Source: the human T2T-CHM13v2.0 reference genome, Homo sapiens. From it: a stretch of 64,000 nt of DNA. Where the stretch lies: the NCBI RefSeq assembly GCF_009914755.1, contig NC_060936.1, one strand, 5' to 3'. Shown here piece by piece: positions 26,859 to 39,861 of the stretch. Made by a program: the position numbers and the translations under genes. Every line of letters starts with the position of its first letter. Positions within the stretch are counted from its first letter, which is position 1. Under the pieces are notes generated by a model. The model worked only from the letters and a program-made list of their open reading frames with translations, did no database searches and was not told the DNA's origin.

Positions 26859-28989
26859 GGGTAGAAGATAGTGGTGGGGGAGCTTTCTGAGACCCTGCTA
26901 CTCATGCCAGATTTTCTGGTCCTGATTAGCTACTGCCTGGCTGCCAGAAGCTGTTATTATCACTCACTCCCGTGCTCCTGTCACTGGGCTTGTGGAAACT
27001 TGCCCTTCCTTCTGCTCTCGGTCTCTGATGCTGACAGCTATGCTGGAAAATCCCATGCTGGCCACTGCCACACTTACCAGAGGCATATTGTACGTGCTGG
27101 TCTGGACTTCCTGCCTGACCCCTACGTGTCCTGTGCCTGCCCCTTCACAGGAGGTCGGTCTACTTCCTGGCCAGGGCCTTTCCAGCCTGTCTCACCCCTG
27201 TGCAGGTAACAGAGCTCTTTTCTCTGCCACCACTTCCCCACGGAGTCTTTTCCATGGTTCTCCCTGACAGAATTCATGCTACATAGTCTTTGTTAACTCA
27301 TGGCATGCACTTTCTTCCTGCTTCTTTCCTCAATTTATGTGAGATTAAGTTAATACCAACCTATCTTGTTAACCCCTTCTAATACGTAATCTTCTTTATT
27401 TTAAAATTTAAATGTTTGTTATATTGAATTCAGTAACTAGAACATTCTCCTCCAAAATAAGAATGGTACAAAAACCTCAAATAAGTAAGTCTGTTGGGGA
27501 AAACAAGTTCCCCCAAAGAATAAATCTACCAGGAGAGTAAAAACGATGATAATCAGAACAATGATCAATAATCACTATTGTCAAAGTGCCTGGCAATCAC
27601 CAAACACCAGATTCATCGGCTCTTCACCGTCCTGTAGGATGACTTCTGTGACTTGCTAAAACCCACACAATAAGTATAATGGTGACAAGACTCAACTCCC
27701 AGGCTCTGACATTAAGTCCTATTGTCTTCCTAAAATGCTCCTTAAAGAGAGGATTTCTGTCTCACATGGTCATCTGGATCATTTGAAAACTTCAAGCAGA
27801 AAGTCCCAAGGTCACCATTAAATGTTTTCCAAGATTACACATCTTCAAACAGAAACCCAAAATAATGAAAACCAGGAACCAAGACTTCCAGCTTCTCTAA
27901 TGAGAGTAAGTCTTAGTTCTTTTTCCTTACTCCACAAGAAAAATTATATCTCCCAAGGGGAGTTATGGGCTTTCCAAAAGAGGAGCAAAGGGATTTGAGC
28001 TTAGGAAATGAAACTTTGCTCAGCACTCTTCAGGAATGACGTTCTCCTTCCTCCCCTATAACAATGCAAGTGCACATTCATTTTCTTACATTTTAAATCA
28101 CTGAACAAAAAGGCCTAGTTTTATTTATCCTGCTGCTGCCACTGTGGCAAAACTAAATGTGTGGTGCATAAACTGTTTATAAATCTTGTCTCCAACAAGA
28201 GAACTGAGTGTGCACTTTTTGAGGACCTTAGTTCATTCAGAATGATGAGAAAATTTGGGAGAAATTTTTCTCTTGATATAAGAGCTGTATAGGCCAAATG
28301 GACTTCCTTTTCTGGCCTAAATGCTGTGTTTATAAAAATGGTGTGCTGTAAATAGCAAAGTATAGAAGTGAGAAATTATGCCTCTGCTGAATAAACCACA
28401 CTCCCGGCCGACTGACTCCCTGCTTCTTCAAAGTGAAGAAACATTTGTTCCTATATCTTGTGAACAACAAGCTGGATCCATTGAAAATGCCAGATAACAT
28501 TGATCTTGGGGAATAAGAAAACAACCTTTTTAAAGGTCAGAACTGTCTTAGTTTTTAATGGATTATTGGTTGATGAATTCTTTCATGAAATATTTCTCTA
28601 ATGCCTTCTGTGTCGAGAACCATTCCAGGATCCAAATATACCCTTGCTTCCATTTTCTGCATCAGGGTCAGTGATCCTGCTGAAAGGTTAATTTCATTAT
28701 ACCACATCAGTCTCCTGCTCCAAACCTCTCACTGGTTTCCCTCTGCACTTAGAACAACTTCCAACTCCTTCCTGCCATGTACAAGGCCCTGTCTTCTCAG
28801 GTGGCCTCATCACTCACCTCCTTCACACTGTACCCCACCCCAGCCACACTGGCCTTCCCACCAGGCTCATTTTCAACTCAGTGTTCTCCCACGTGCTGCG
28901 GCCACTGCAGGGGCACTCTCCCCGAGGCTTCTCCCTCATGGGACTGGCATCTCCTCACCTCTCAGGTCTCCACTCAAATATCACCTCCT

Positions 28990-29290
<301 letters not shown>

Positions 29291-29929
29291 AATCACTTCC
29301 TAGGAGGTGATTCTTTTTCTAAATTTGCTCTTCCTTCTCTATTTTCTATCCCCTTACCCTGCCCCCTTTATTTTATAAATAGTAATTATCACTCTCATAA
29401 ACCTTTTTTATTTTCCTGTTTACTAATTTATTATCTATTTCCTCCAACTAGAAGATAAGACCTTTATGAAATTTGTCTTAGTTATAGTTGCATTCCCAAC
29501 ATGCTGAATTCAGTTCCCTGAATAAACTTTCAGGATGCCACCCACAAGACAATTCTGTTATATTTTTCCCTCATATGTTGAAAAAGCCATAGGATTTGAG
29601 GATACCATCAATTATTTTTCATTGATAAGGATTTTTGACTTTAGAAACTACAGAGAAGGGTCTCTTCACTCAGAGTATTTTTTATTTTCTCTGTGTTGTA
29701 GGCATACCCACAGTATTTGGGTCAGAAAGAAAAGTTCTTTGAGTCTGCGTCTTATTGCAAATGTTGAAGAAAGAAAGTGAAACAGAAAGATTTGTTTCTT
29801 ATGCCTTGTGGAGGTTCTAATAAACTCAGTGCACCACCTGTTCTGTGGAATCCTTTGAATGGTTTAATCTGGTTGTTAAACCTTTTCTCTCCAGAGCTGC
29901 AGAAGAGAGGAAGATTCATTTATTTCTTC

Positions 29930-31150
29930 AACAAACAGCTCAAATGTCACTTTTCTGAGAGTTTTCCCTCACCATGATGTCTACAAGAGTCTTCCCAGCC
30001 TCTTATCACTTTTTAGTTCATTACATTCTATTCTTTTCTCCATAGTATTTATCTCTATCTAAATGTATATTTCTATGAATGTTTTCCATATTCTCTGTCC
30101 GATTCTTCCTGGTAGAATATAAGCTCGTGGGAGCAAGAGCCATGCCTTTCATCCACTGATGGTTCTCCAGAACCTAGAGTTCCTGGCATGTGGAAAGCCC
30201 CAACAAACAGCAGTTGAGTAGATGAAGAAATGAAGTGGCATCGGCTCTGTGAAGGTTTTTTTGACAACTCCTTTCTAACTTTGATGTTCTTGCCTTTCTG
30301 AACACTCTGCACCTGTCAGCTCTGCTCCATCACAGGACTTTATTCTCTAAAGTTCTGTTCTTGGACATTTATGTAGCACCATTGAACCCTTGGCTGCTTC
30401 ATGACACCAAACAGACCTAAACAACACAAGCTTGTTTGTGGTTATTTTATGCATTGGTATTTTGTTTCCCCAGACAACACTGTAAGCTTCCCACAGGGAA
30501 GGCATGTGTCTTAAGCCAGGAAATAGAGAATGAAGAGAAGGTTTTGCGGGGGTGGGGTGGGGGATGATAACAAAGTGAGTTTTTAAGATACTGAATTTTA
30601 CGTCTATAGGATATGCGGGTAGAAGTGTCCAGTAAGCAGTTCCTGTACATACTTCTGAATGTCGGCAAAGAGGTCTAAGCTAAAATCATTCATTTGTAAC
30701 TCATCAACATGTGCTCACTATGAGTAACAAGTTAAGAAAATGCGCTCACTTGGGGAAAGTAGGAAGAAAGCTTGAGGAGATGAGCGAAGAAGGGCAGATG
30801 AGTGAAGAAGGGTCAGATAGAAGATGCAGGCAGGAAGGAAGCTTGTCAGTGGTCGGAGGAGGACCAGGTGAGTGTGTCACTGAGGAGGCCAAGAAAGTTG
30901 AAATTTTCAAGATGAGAGAGAATGGTCAATGGCGGCCAGTGTCACAAAGAATCCAAGTAAGGGAAGACCAGAAACATGTCCACAGGATTTGGCAGGTGAG
31001 CCTTGCCACAGCAATTTCAGCTAAGTAATGAGAACAGAAGCCTGGCTGAGAGAGATTAAGAACGGACTTTACTGGAAGGTGAGTAATTAAACAAACCAAA
31101 TTAAGACAATGCCCTTAAGAAGCTTAGCTTTGAAGACAAGAAGAAAGATA
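29930..31150. mobile_element. L2 fragments (+ about 29930-30235; - about 30510-31150)
   Basis: CAGCTCAAATGTCAC ... AGAATATAAGCTC ... CCTGGCATG; GTAGAAGTGTCCAGTAAGCAGTT. Confidence 0.6.
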
Positions 31151-32684
31151 CACTGGTACCTAAATAAGAGTTGCTGAAGAAAATGAATTGGGTTTATTAC
31201 TCAAAAGTAGCTTTTAAATTGTACACTTGAAATACGTGTGGTTTATTGTGTGCCAATTCTATCTCAACAAATGCTTTCAAAAAGCATGGTTTAGAATTTC
31301 ACAAAATATCAGTAACTTTTCATTTCAAATGTATTATAACATATTAAGGTATTACCTGATATCTGAATGAGAAAAATCCAGATTAAAAAAAACAGAAATA
31401 TGTAAAGTCATATTCCTTGTTTATAAAAAATGAAAAGAATATGAATAGTATCAAAAGGACTCTTTTTCCTGTGGTAGAAAGCAGGAAGGCATGATCATCT
31501 GGAATATGGGCCAGCATAGGGAAAGGGCAGAATTATGGAATTCTGGTTATCATTTGTAGATTACTGACTATTTATCTAAGAGGGTCCACATTGGTCTAGG
31601 TTAGGACCCAAACTAAGGTGAACTGAAACCAAATTAAAGCCTCCAGTTAAACCCAAAGAGTTTCCTGAAAAGACGATGTCACAAAAACTTCATTTAGGGC
31701 CATAATGGGAAAAAAATGCATAGTGAGACAATTCACAGAGAAGGGAGATGAACACCTAAGTTAAATATTTTTCCTTTTTAAAAATATTTGTCCTTTTCCC
31801 AAAGGTTCAGCTATTGTCTTACCAGTGTTCTCAAAATTGAAGTGAATAAAATGCCAAGGTTTCAACAATTACTCAATAGTCAGTAGATTCAAAGATAAGA
31901 TAAGTAGACAAAACTAAGAGAAATATTAACTTGGTGAAAGCTGTTTATTCAGAAAGCAGCCATCTAGAATTTTTTCTCCAGTGTTTTCACATGGAATATT
32001 TTAAAGAACAAATAGAAAGAAAGCCAGTAGACTAAATACTGATGTGTGCAGTGCTGGACTTTTCCTCAAAGCACACTTTCCCTCAGTGGATCCTTAAAAT
32101 AATTCAGAGAAGGAGGCAGTGTGCTAGGGCCTTTCCCCACCTCACCCAGAGTCATATTTATCTTTGAGTTTTCACACAAACAGACCCCGAGAGGTAATAA
32201 GTTTTTCCTTTGACTCCTCTTGTTTTCTGTAACATCATTCAGACAAGCAGACTTAGCAGTGACTGAAAATGCAATAGAGTTAAGTAGAGCAAAGAGGACA
32301 GGAGGCATTTTATATCTGCTGAAATGTGTACAGTCACCTTATTAATTACAAAAGAAATCTAGGCACTAAAGATAAGTAGCATGGTTACCAACGTACTCAT
32401 TAAAGAACTATACAGAGAGGCTAAGGATGTGACCATCTCATTCCAGATTGGAATTCACGACTAGAAAGGCAACATCCAGTATCTGTCATAGAATTAGTAC
32501 AGTCATCATAATGTTCTATACCCTGTGACTTCAGGGCATAGAGATGGTCAAAAGTATGATGACTGATGACTCACAAGGCCTCTCAAGATATTCAGCATCA
32601 ATTTGGTGTCCACTGTATTACCATCTTCAGTTATTCATCACTCTTCCCATTTCCCCCCACCCAATGCTGTTTATGCCTCCTAAA

Positions 32685-32950
32685 ATAGTAGCTAATATTT
32701 ATAGAGGCCTTACTATGTACCAAGCATTGTTCTAAGCACCTCTCATGTCCTAAATCACTTAATTATCACAACAACCCTATTAGGTAGGTGATATTCTGCT
32801 CATAGCCATTTACAGATGAAATGGCCATGACAAAAAGAGGTTAAGTAATGTTTCCAGTTGGCACACAGATGGTGAGAGTAAGAGCAGAAATTCAAGCCCA
32901 AGCAGTCTGGAATCAGCCTTTTGTTCCCAGTCTCTAGGCTATACTGCCTC
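32685..32950 (-). mobile_element. MIR SINE
   Basis: ATAGTAGCTAATATTTATAG ... CACAACAACCCTATTAGGTAGG ... CCATTTACAGATGAA ... GAGGTTAAGTAA. Confidence 0.8.
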
Positions 32951-33236
32951 CATGCTTATTTCAGGTCAGGACCATCTCTCTCCTGGAATACTACAATAGA
33001 CTCCTAGCTGGTCTCCATTCATCTTACTTCTTCTCACATTATTTTTTATTATAAAAATAATATATGAATACATTCTCCCTGTAAAATACAATAATAGTAT
33101 AAATTAGATAAAATCCCATTTGGCCACCAGCTGCAATTCCAGTTTCCTCCCCAGGATCAGGTATGTCTACTCCTAGATCTTTTTCTGTGTATGTATGTAC
33201 CTTTAAAATATATACAGTATCGTTTGATAGTTTTTT

Positions 33237-33622
33237 AAACTTTTATTTTAAGTTCGGGGTACATGTGCAAGTTTGTTATATAGGTAGAATTGCGTCATGG
33301 AGGTTTGTTGTACAGATTATTTCATCACCCAAATATTAAGCCTCGTACCCATTAGTAACTTTTCCTGACCCTCTTCCTCCTCCCACCCTCTGTTCTCTGA
33401 AAGGCCTCAGTGTGTGTTGTTCCCCTCTATGTATCCGTGTGTTCTCATCATTTAGCTCCCACTTATAAGTGAGAGCATGTGGCATTTGGTTTTCTGTCCC
33501 TGAGTTACTTTGCTAAGGATAATGGCCTCCAGCTCCACCCAGGTTCCTGAAAAGGACATGATCTTGTTTTTATGGCTGCATAGTATTCCATTGTGTATAG
33601 GTACCACATTTTGTTTAGCCAA
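33237..33622 (-). mobile_element. 5'-truncated older L1PA (L1PA13-16-like) 3' end
   Basis: GGGGTACATGTGCAAGTTTGTTATATAGGT ... CCCACTTATAAGTGAGA; TSD GTTTGATAGTTTTTT (33222-33236 / 33623-33637). Confidence 0.9.
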
Positions 33623-34524
33623 GTTTGATAGTTTTTTTTAAATAAATGTTATTATAGCACTCATGTTCAAATTTCATGTTTTAAATTTATCTATATGTTT
33701 TTGAGAGCATTCTAAATCAGAACTGTGTGACCTTTAAAAGAAGAAAAACCCAGTACCATTTTTTAAAAGCACCCTCACTCCAAAATAGAGATGGCATAAC
33801 CCTACTGAAGTGGTCTGCTACTTCCCTTTTAGTAACAGTGAAACCTAGCAAAGTCTTCCAAAGGAAAAAACTAGAAAAAAATTAAAGGAGTAACAGTTTG
33901 AGTGGCATATACACAGAAGAATGAGGGGCACTGTTTTATGGAAACTAATCTGTAGGTGAAACAATATGGGCATTGTCACCTGGAGATTTGCCATGAAGTG
34001 AGTCCAGATCCATTTCTTGATAAAGTCTACATAAATAACCAGACTATTCAGTTTACCAGTACATCTCATTCCTATAGCAATCTGGAGTATTGGATTGCAT
34101 TAAGGTTCTACTCACTGAAGTAATCCCTTCACAGACTTCAACATGTTAATCTCTTTACTTGCTTACTGTTTCCATAATGTAAGCTCATAAAGACAGGAAT
34201 TGCATCTCTCTTATTCCCTGCTGCAGTGCAATTACCTTACTCAGTAGCTGTCACATAATTGGGGCTCAACAAGTCATTGTTTAATGAGTGAATAAACCCA
34301 AAGACACATGATTAATTAGTGGTTCAATCACCCATGACCATTGTACAGTAGAGATGACCTAAACAGTTATAGATTTACAGCAGTCACTAATAACAAGTCA
34401 TCAAAGTAAAACTCAACTGTGACAGATTAAAAGGAGCATAAATTCTAGAGTCAGTTACCTGGGTTAACAAAACGTATTCACCACATGCTTGCTGTGTGAC
34501 CTTGGTCAATTTTCTTAACCTCTC

Positions 34525-34954
34525 TGGTATAATTTGAATATTTGTTCCTGCCCAGATCTCATGTTGAATTGTAATCTCCAATGCTGGGGGTGGGGCCTGG
34601 TGGGAGGTGTTTGGATCATGGGGGCCGGTCCCTCATGAATGGGTTGGGCCATCTCTTTGGTGTTAAGTGAGCTCACGCTCTAAGTTCACAGGAGATCTAG
34701 TCATTTAAAAGTGTGTGGTGCCTCTCACCCCCACTCTCTCTCTCTTGCTCCTGCTCTGGCCATGTGACGTACCTGTTCCCCTTCACCTTCCACCATCATT
34801 ATAAGCTTCCTGAGGCCTCCCCAGAAGCCAAGCAGATGCCTGCACCATGCTTCCTGTAGAGCCTGTAGAGCCGTGAGCCGGTTGAATATCTTTTCTTTAT
34901 AAATTACCCAGTCTCAGATATTTCTTTATAGAAATGCAAGAATGGCCTAATATA
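34525..34954 (+). mobile_element. MSTB-type MaLR solo LTR inserted in a MIR
   Basis: ATCTCATGTTGAATTGTAATC ... TAAGCTTCCTGAGGCCTCCCCAGAAGC ... ATAAATTACCCAGTCTCAG; 5-bp TSD CTCTC; MIR core split (AACCTCTC | TCTTCAGTTTCTTTATCTGTAA). Confidence 0.9.
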
Positions 34955-36417
34955 CTCTCTCTTCAGTTTCTTTATCTGTAATAATGACAATAATCAAATC
35001 TTTAGAATTTTGCCAGGACTAAATGAAGTAATGAATTAAGGCATCTAATAATGTGTGAGACAATGAGTAGGTGCTTAGTAAATGTCAGTGCTGTGCCTAT
35101 TTTCCCTCCGCCCACTTGCCACCTCTTTTCTAATAATAAGACCAAGTTTATTTACCCTGATAAGCACGTCTCTTCTCTCATTTCCATTTGTGGCAATGTA
35201 GGCAACCACTTCTTTCTCTTTCAGTGCTGACCTACTGTTTTGTTGGAAACAGTCCCAGGGCTCTGGGCTTTAGAGATTGCTGTTGGATTGCGAAGCATTA
35301 TGGACCAAATCCAAGTGCTGCAGCACATAATGGCTCTGGCCATTTAAAAAATCTAAACTGCTGTAGCTATTTTATGGGGTGCAATATATATCCAAAATTT
35401 TATAATAGGGTTACCAAATGCAGTGCTCTAAAAATCAAGAATCATTCAAAATTTTCTCATCTCTCCACAGAAATAAATTGCTATGTTGGTTAAAACAGAC
35501 ACCTTGCTCAGGAGTCTGAGGTTTTCTCTAAGATGTTCCACAATTATCATTTAAAGCCAGTGCATGTTATTCAAACAGGAAAAGGTAGAATTCTTAACTT
35601 AACTTCACCAGAATTAGACTTTCATTCTGTGATATTCGTTATCCAATTCCCAACATTTCCGGTACCTCCAACTCTCTTAGATCTACCCTCAATCCCCTTA
35701 TTTACAGAGTCTTCAAGTCTCAGAAACACTTGCATTTATCCTGTCATGTACACACCCTAAAAGTCATCCTAGGTCTTTAAAAAGACTTACAGATGACCGA
35801 GCCAAACACAATCCTTTCCCTATTCTAAGTCTTACTCTTCTCAACATTTGAGACTGCCTTTGCTTAGACCACTGGGGCAGATCTATTGTGTTGCTACCTG
35901 AGTGCTCTCCTAGCAATTAGACATGTCTTTAAAACAGGACATGTATTACTTCTTCTTTATCTTGCATTATAAACTTGAGCAATGTCTGGCTTGATGAAGG
36001 CAGTGTTTCTACTATCTTGGTTGGGTTCCAACCATAACCTTTGAGTAGAGAACAGTTTGGGCAACTTATAAATCTTGTTTTAAAAAGTAAATCAACTTCT
36101 TGCTTTGAGATCTGGGTCATTTCAAGAATAGCTGGAGTACTCCATTCACCCTTGGCCTGAAGATTACATCTTTTCCCCAAAGTTCTAGCAAGAGCCACCC
36201 AGTTAGAATTATAGTCAATAGGATTAGCTAAATGTACTACACCCAAAACACAAGCAGCAGCTGGATTACCATCCTACAGCTCACCTGTTGGTAAATGTTG
36301 ATCTTATAGTTCTTATTTATATAAACCTCAAAGCCTGGAGGAACTCATACCCCACTCAGACATCATCACAAGAGAATTCTGAAGTGGAAATTAACAGCTA
36401 AATGGACCTGTATAGGA

Positions 36418-36540
36418 CTAAAAATATATATCTATGTATTTTATTAAAATACATATGTTATTAAAATATATATTATTAAAATATATTTTTAATTAAAATA
36501 TATTTATTAAAATATATATATTATATATATATATTATTAG
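36418..36540. repeat. AT-rich low-complexity tract (TTATTAAAATATATA-like units)
   Basis: Repeated ATTAAAATA(T/C)AT motifs. Confidence 0.85.
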
Positions 36541-38631
36541 TTCTAGATTCCAGTATTCTTTTTTTGGTCTAAATTTGTAAGACTCAGCAAAGACATTCAT
36601 CCAGGACATCTATAGCTTGCTGTGAGCCTTTGCTGTCTTCAGTAACCAGCATGCGAATTTCATAGAGATGCCAATGGAGAGAAAGATACAAGGCTTCCTT
36701 CCCTTTAAGAGGCATATAATCAAACTAGTCCAAGAAAGCTAGTTTGACAAAAGTCAAGGGAAGGAGGGGAATAGGGAAATATATGTTAAACTACATGGCT
36801 AGTTAAACATTAGTCCTGCAGGCCGAGTATTTGCTGGGAAAAGGGGGACCCTCATCAGTTACTTCAGGAGCTAGATTTTTCCATGGCCCCAAATATCCTT
36901 AGTGTGTTGTATGTCCTTCCAAGGATTGGTGTCTGCACTACACAATGCCCAATCATCTTAAAGTACAGTATGTCTTCTAGTATTGGTGGTTCCTTACAGC
37001 AGCTTATTCAAGTATCTTAATTCTTTAAATCTGGAAAAGAGACAAAGAGAAATATAGGCTACAAATTTCATCCTCAGAATGTATCATCAGCTCACTAGTT
37101 AACTATAGTATTTCATTAGTAATAAGATAAGGCAAAGATGAAAATAATAACTGAAAATGCACACATTTCAGACAAAAAAATCCCAGCCCAATTAAAATTA
37201 TAAATTAAAATTTTATATCTCACTATCTCTCTGTATTTTAAAAAGCAATTTGCCTCAACCCCAACATAAGTTGAACCACTTAAATTGCAGTGACAAAATC
37301 AAAGCTTTGTTCTGAATATTGGGAGCTGAGATCTATTTTGCTACATATCTTGTAAAATTATCCCCAATTTCAGGACATAGAGCTACAGCATTAGAAAACC
37401 TTATGTTTCTTTTTGTATCATGCAATGAATTTTAAACAGTCTGTTTTTCCATTGCAGCCTTTTTTCTACTGGTGGTGAGCAGTGGGATGGAGTGAGGTGG
37501 AACAGAGGTTGGGAAATTTGTGAGCAGAGCGTTTTTTAAGAGCTCAATTCAAATGGTTAAGTAGTTACAACAGAGTTCTCAGATGCTACAAAATTATGTT
37601 AGATCCTTATATGAATATCATATCCTTATATGAACTCCTAGTTCACTCTTGTTTTAAATCTAAATTCTTTAGACTTAACATTTGGTAATGCTTAAACAAA
37701 AAACAAAACAAAAAAAGGATCAGGAAAACAAAACAGAACACTGTGAGCTTGAACATATCAACAATTTTTCATGGACAAAGAATAAAACAACTGCATAGTA
37801 GACAAAGATCTGCCCAGCTAAAAATCAATATTTGTATCCAACTTTGGGGGGAGTTAAGAGAACTAACTGCTTATGACATCAGCCCTAGAAATGTGCCTGT
37901 AAATATCCACATTAGTAATGCTTCATCTACCAGTTTCTTATAACCAACATGATCCAATTCAGTAGCTACCACAACTGATCCAAGCTGCCCTACGGGAAAT
38001 TATGCACACCCACCAAAAAAAGTAAAAATCGTCTCTGACCAAAAGAACTGGGTCACAGGATGAGAGGTGGCACCATTCTCTTTAATATCATTAACTCTTG
38101 ATTTTTAAGGAAACATGGTTCCCATAGGCCTAAGAGGGTTTCTTAAATGTGACCTACATTCAAGCATAATTATCTTTCTTTCCCAACTGGCAAACATACA
38201 CTACATAACCTTGTTGTAAAATCCCATAATTAATACAGTTTTGAATATTATGAGCCAAATTATCTGACCTAAAATATAGTAAGATATATAATAGTTGAAG
38301 ACAATTAAAATTGTCTGATTGTACCTTGGCCCTGCCTCCATTACTTTTGAAACAACAGCTTTTCTTTTATGAAACATAATTTATTTTATCAGTATAAGTT
38401 ATCCATAGAGTTTGATGAGAGAAGTTAGGACTGCCATATCCTTATCAAATATTCAGGACCAGTTTTAAATATTATTAAAAAGTACAACCAAGCTGAAAAC
38501 TAAAGCAGTGCACATGATGCCCTGTGAAAGTAGAAATTTATTCTTTAAACAGATTAACTTATTTATTTATGCTGTTGTATTTATTTGGTTTTATCAAATG
38601 TTGTCTAAGAGACATAGCATAGCATGAGAGA

Positions 38632-39499
38632 TAAACAAATTTACAAGCAAAAAACAAACAACCCCATTAAAAGGTGGGCAAAGAAGGTAAACAGACACTT
38701 TTCAAAAGAAGACATACATGTGGCCAACAAGCATATGAAAAAATATTCAACATCACTGATCATTAGATAAATTCAAATTAAAACCACAATGAGATATTGT
38801 CTCACACCAGTCAGAATGGCTATTATTAAAAAGTCAAAAAATAACAGATGCTGGTAAGGCTGCAGAGAAAAGGGAACATGTATACAGTGCTGGTGGGAAT
38901 GTAAATTAGTTCAGCCACTGTAGAAAGCAGTTTAGTGATTTCTCAAAGAACTTAAAACAGAACTACCGTGCAACTCAGCAATCCCATTATTGGGTACATA
39001 CCCAAAGGAATATAAATCATTCTACCATAAAGACACATGCAGAAATGTTTATCGCAGCACTATTCACAACAGCAAAGACATGGAATCAACCTAGATGCCC
39101 ATCAGTGGTAGACTGGATAAAGAGAATATGGTACATATACCATGTATATACATAGTATACCATGGAATACTATGTAGCCATAAAAAAGAACAAGATCATG
39201 TCCTTTGCAGCAACATGGTTGGAGGCTGTTATTCTGTGAACTAACACAGGAACAGAAAACTAAATACCATATATTCTCCCTTATAAGTGGGAGCTAAACA
39301 TCGACTACACATGGACACAAAGAAGGGAACAATAGACACTGGGGCTACTTGAGGGTGGAAGGTGGGAAGAGGATGAGGACTGAAAACTACCTATTAGGTA
39401 CCACGCTTATTACCTGGGTGATGAAACAATCTACACACCAAACCCCCATGACGTATGCAATTTACCTAGGTAACAAATCTGCACATGTACCGCTGAACC
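38632..39499 (+). mobile_element. Older primate L1 (L1PA15/L1PB-like) 3' fragment
   Basis: ORF2 C-terminal motifs (AAAAGAAGACATAC, CACACCAGTCAGAATGGCTATTATTAAAAAGTCAAAAAATAACAGATGCTGG) through 3'UTR to GCACATGTACC.CTGAACC. Confidence 0.9.
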
Positions 39500-39861
39500 G
39501 AAGTTTGGATCTAACCAGGTCAACATTTATCAGCTTTATTATCTTAAGCTTATCATTCAACTCTCTTGGAATCTCCGTTTCTCGTCTGTAAAATGAGATG
39601 GTGGCAATACCTATTTTACAGAATTGTTTTTAGAAAAAATATAATTGAGGTAAGTTACAACCTGGAAAGGATTTTTTTAAAAGTTTGACCTGTTTATACC
39701 TTAAAATATTGAGAAAATTGTCAGAGAAATGGTACATGCCAAAAGGCACCTTACACATATGCACTAAAAACACATGTTTACAAATGATGTAGACTATAAA
39801 TAAATACTAAATATGTGTCTACAGATTTCAGGTCAGACAAATGTATATTTAAAAATTAACA

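Noticed and set aside
37603-37634. ATCCTTATATGAA repeated at 19-bp period
   Set aside because: Ordinary micro-duplication with no further structure.
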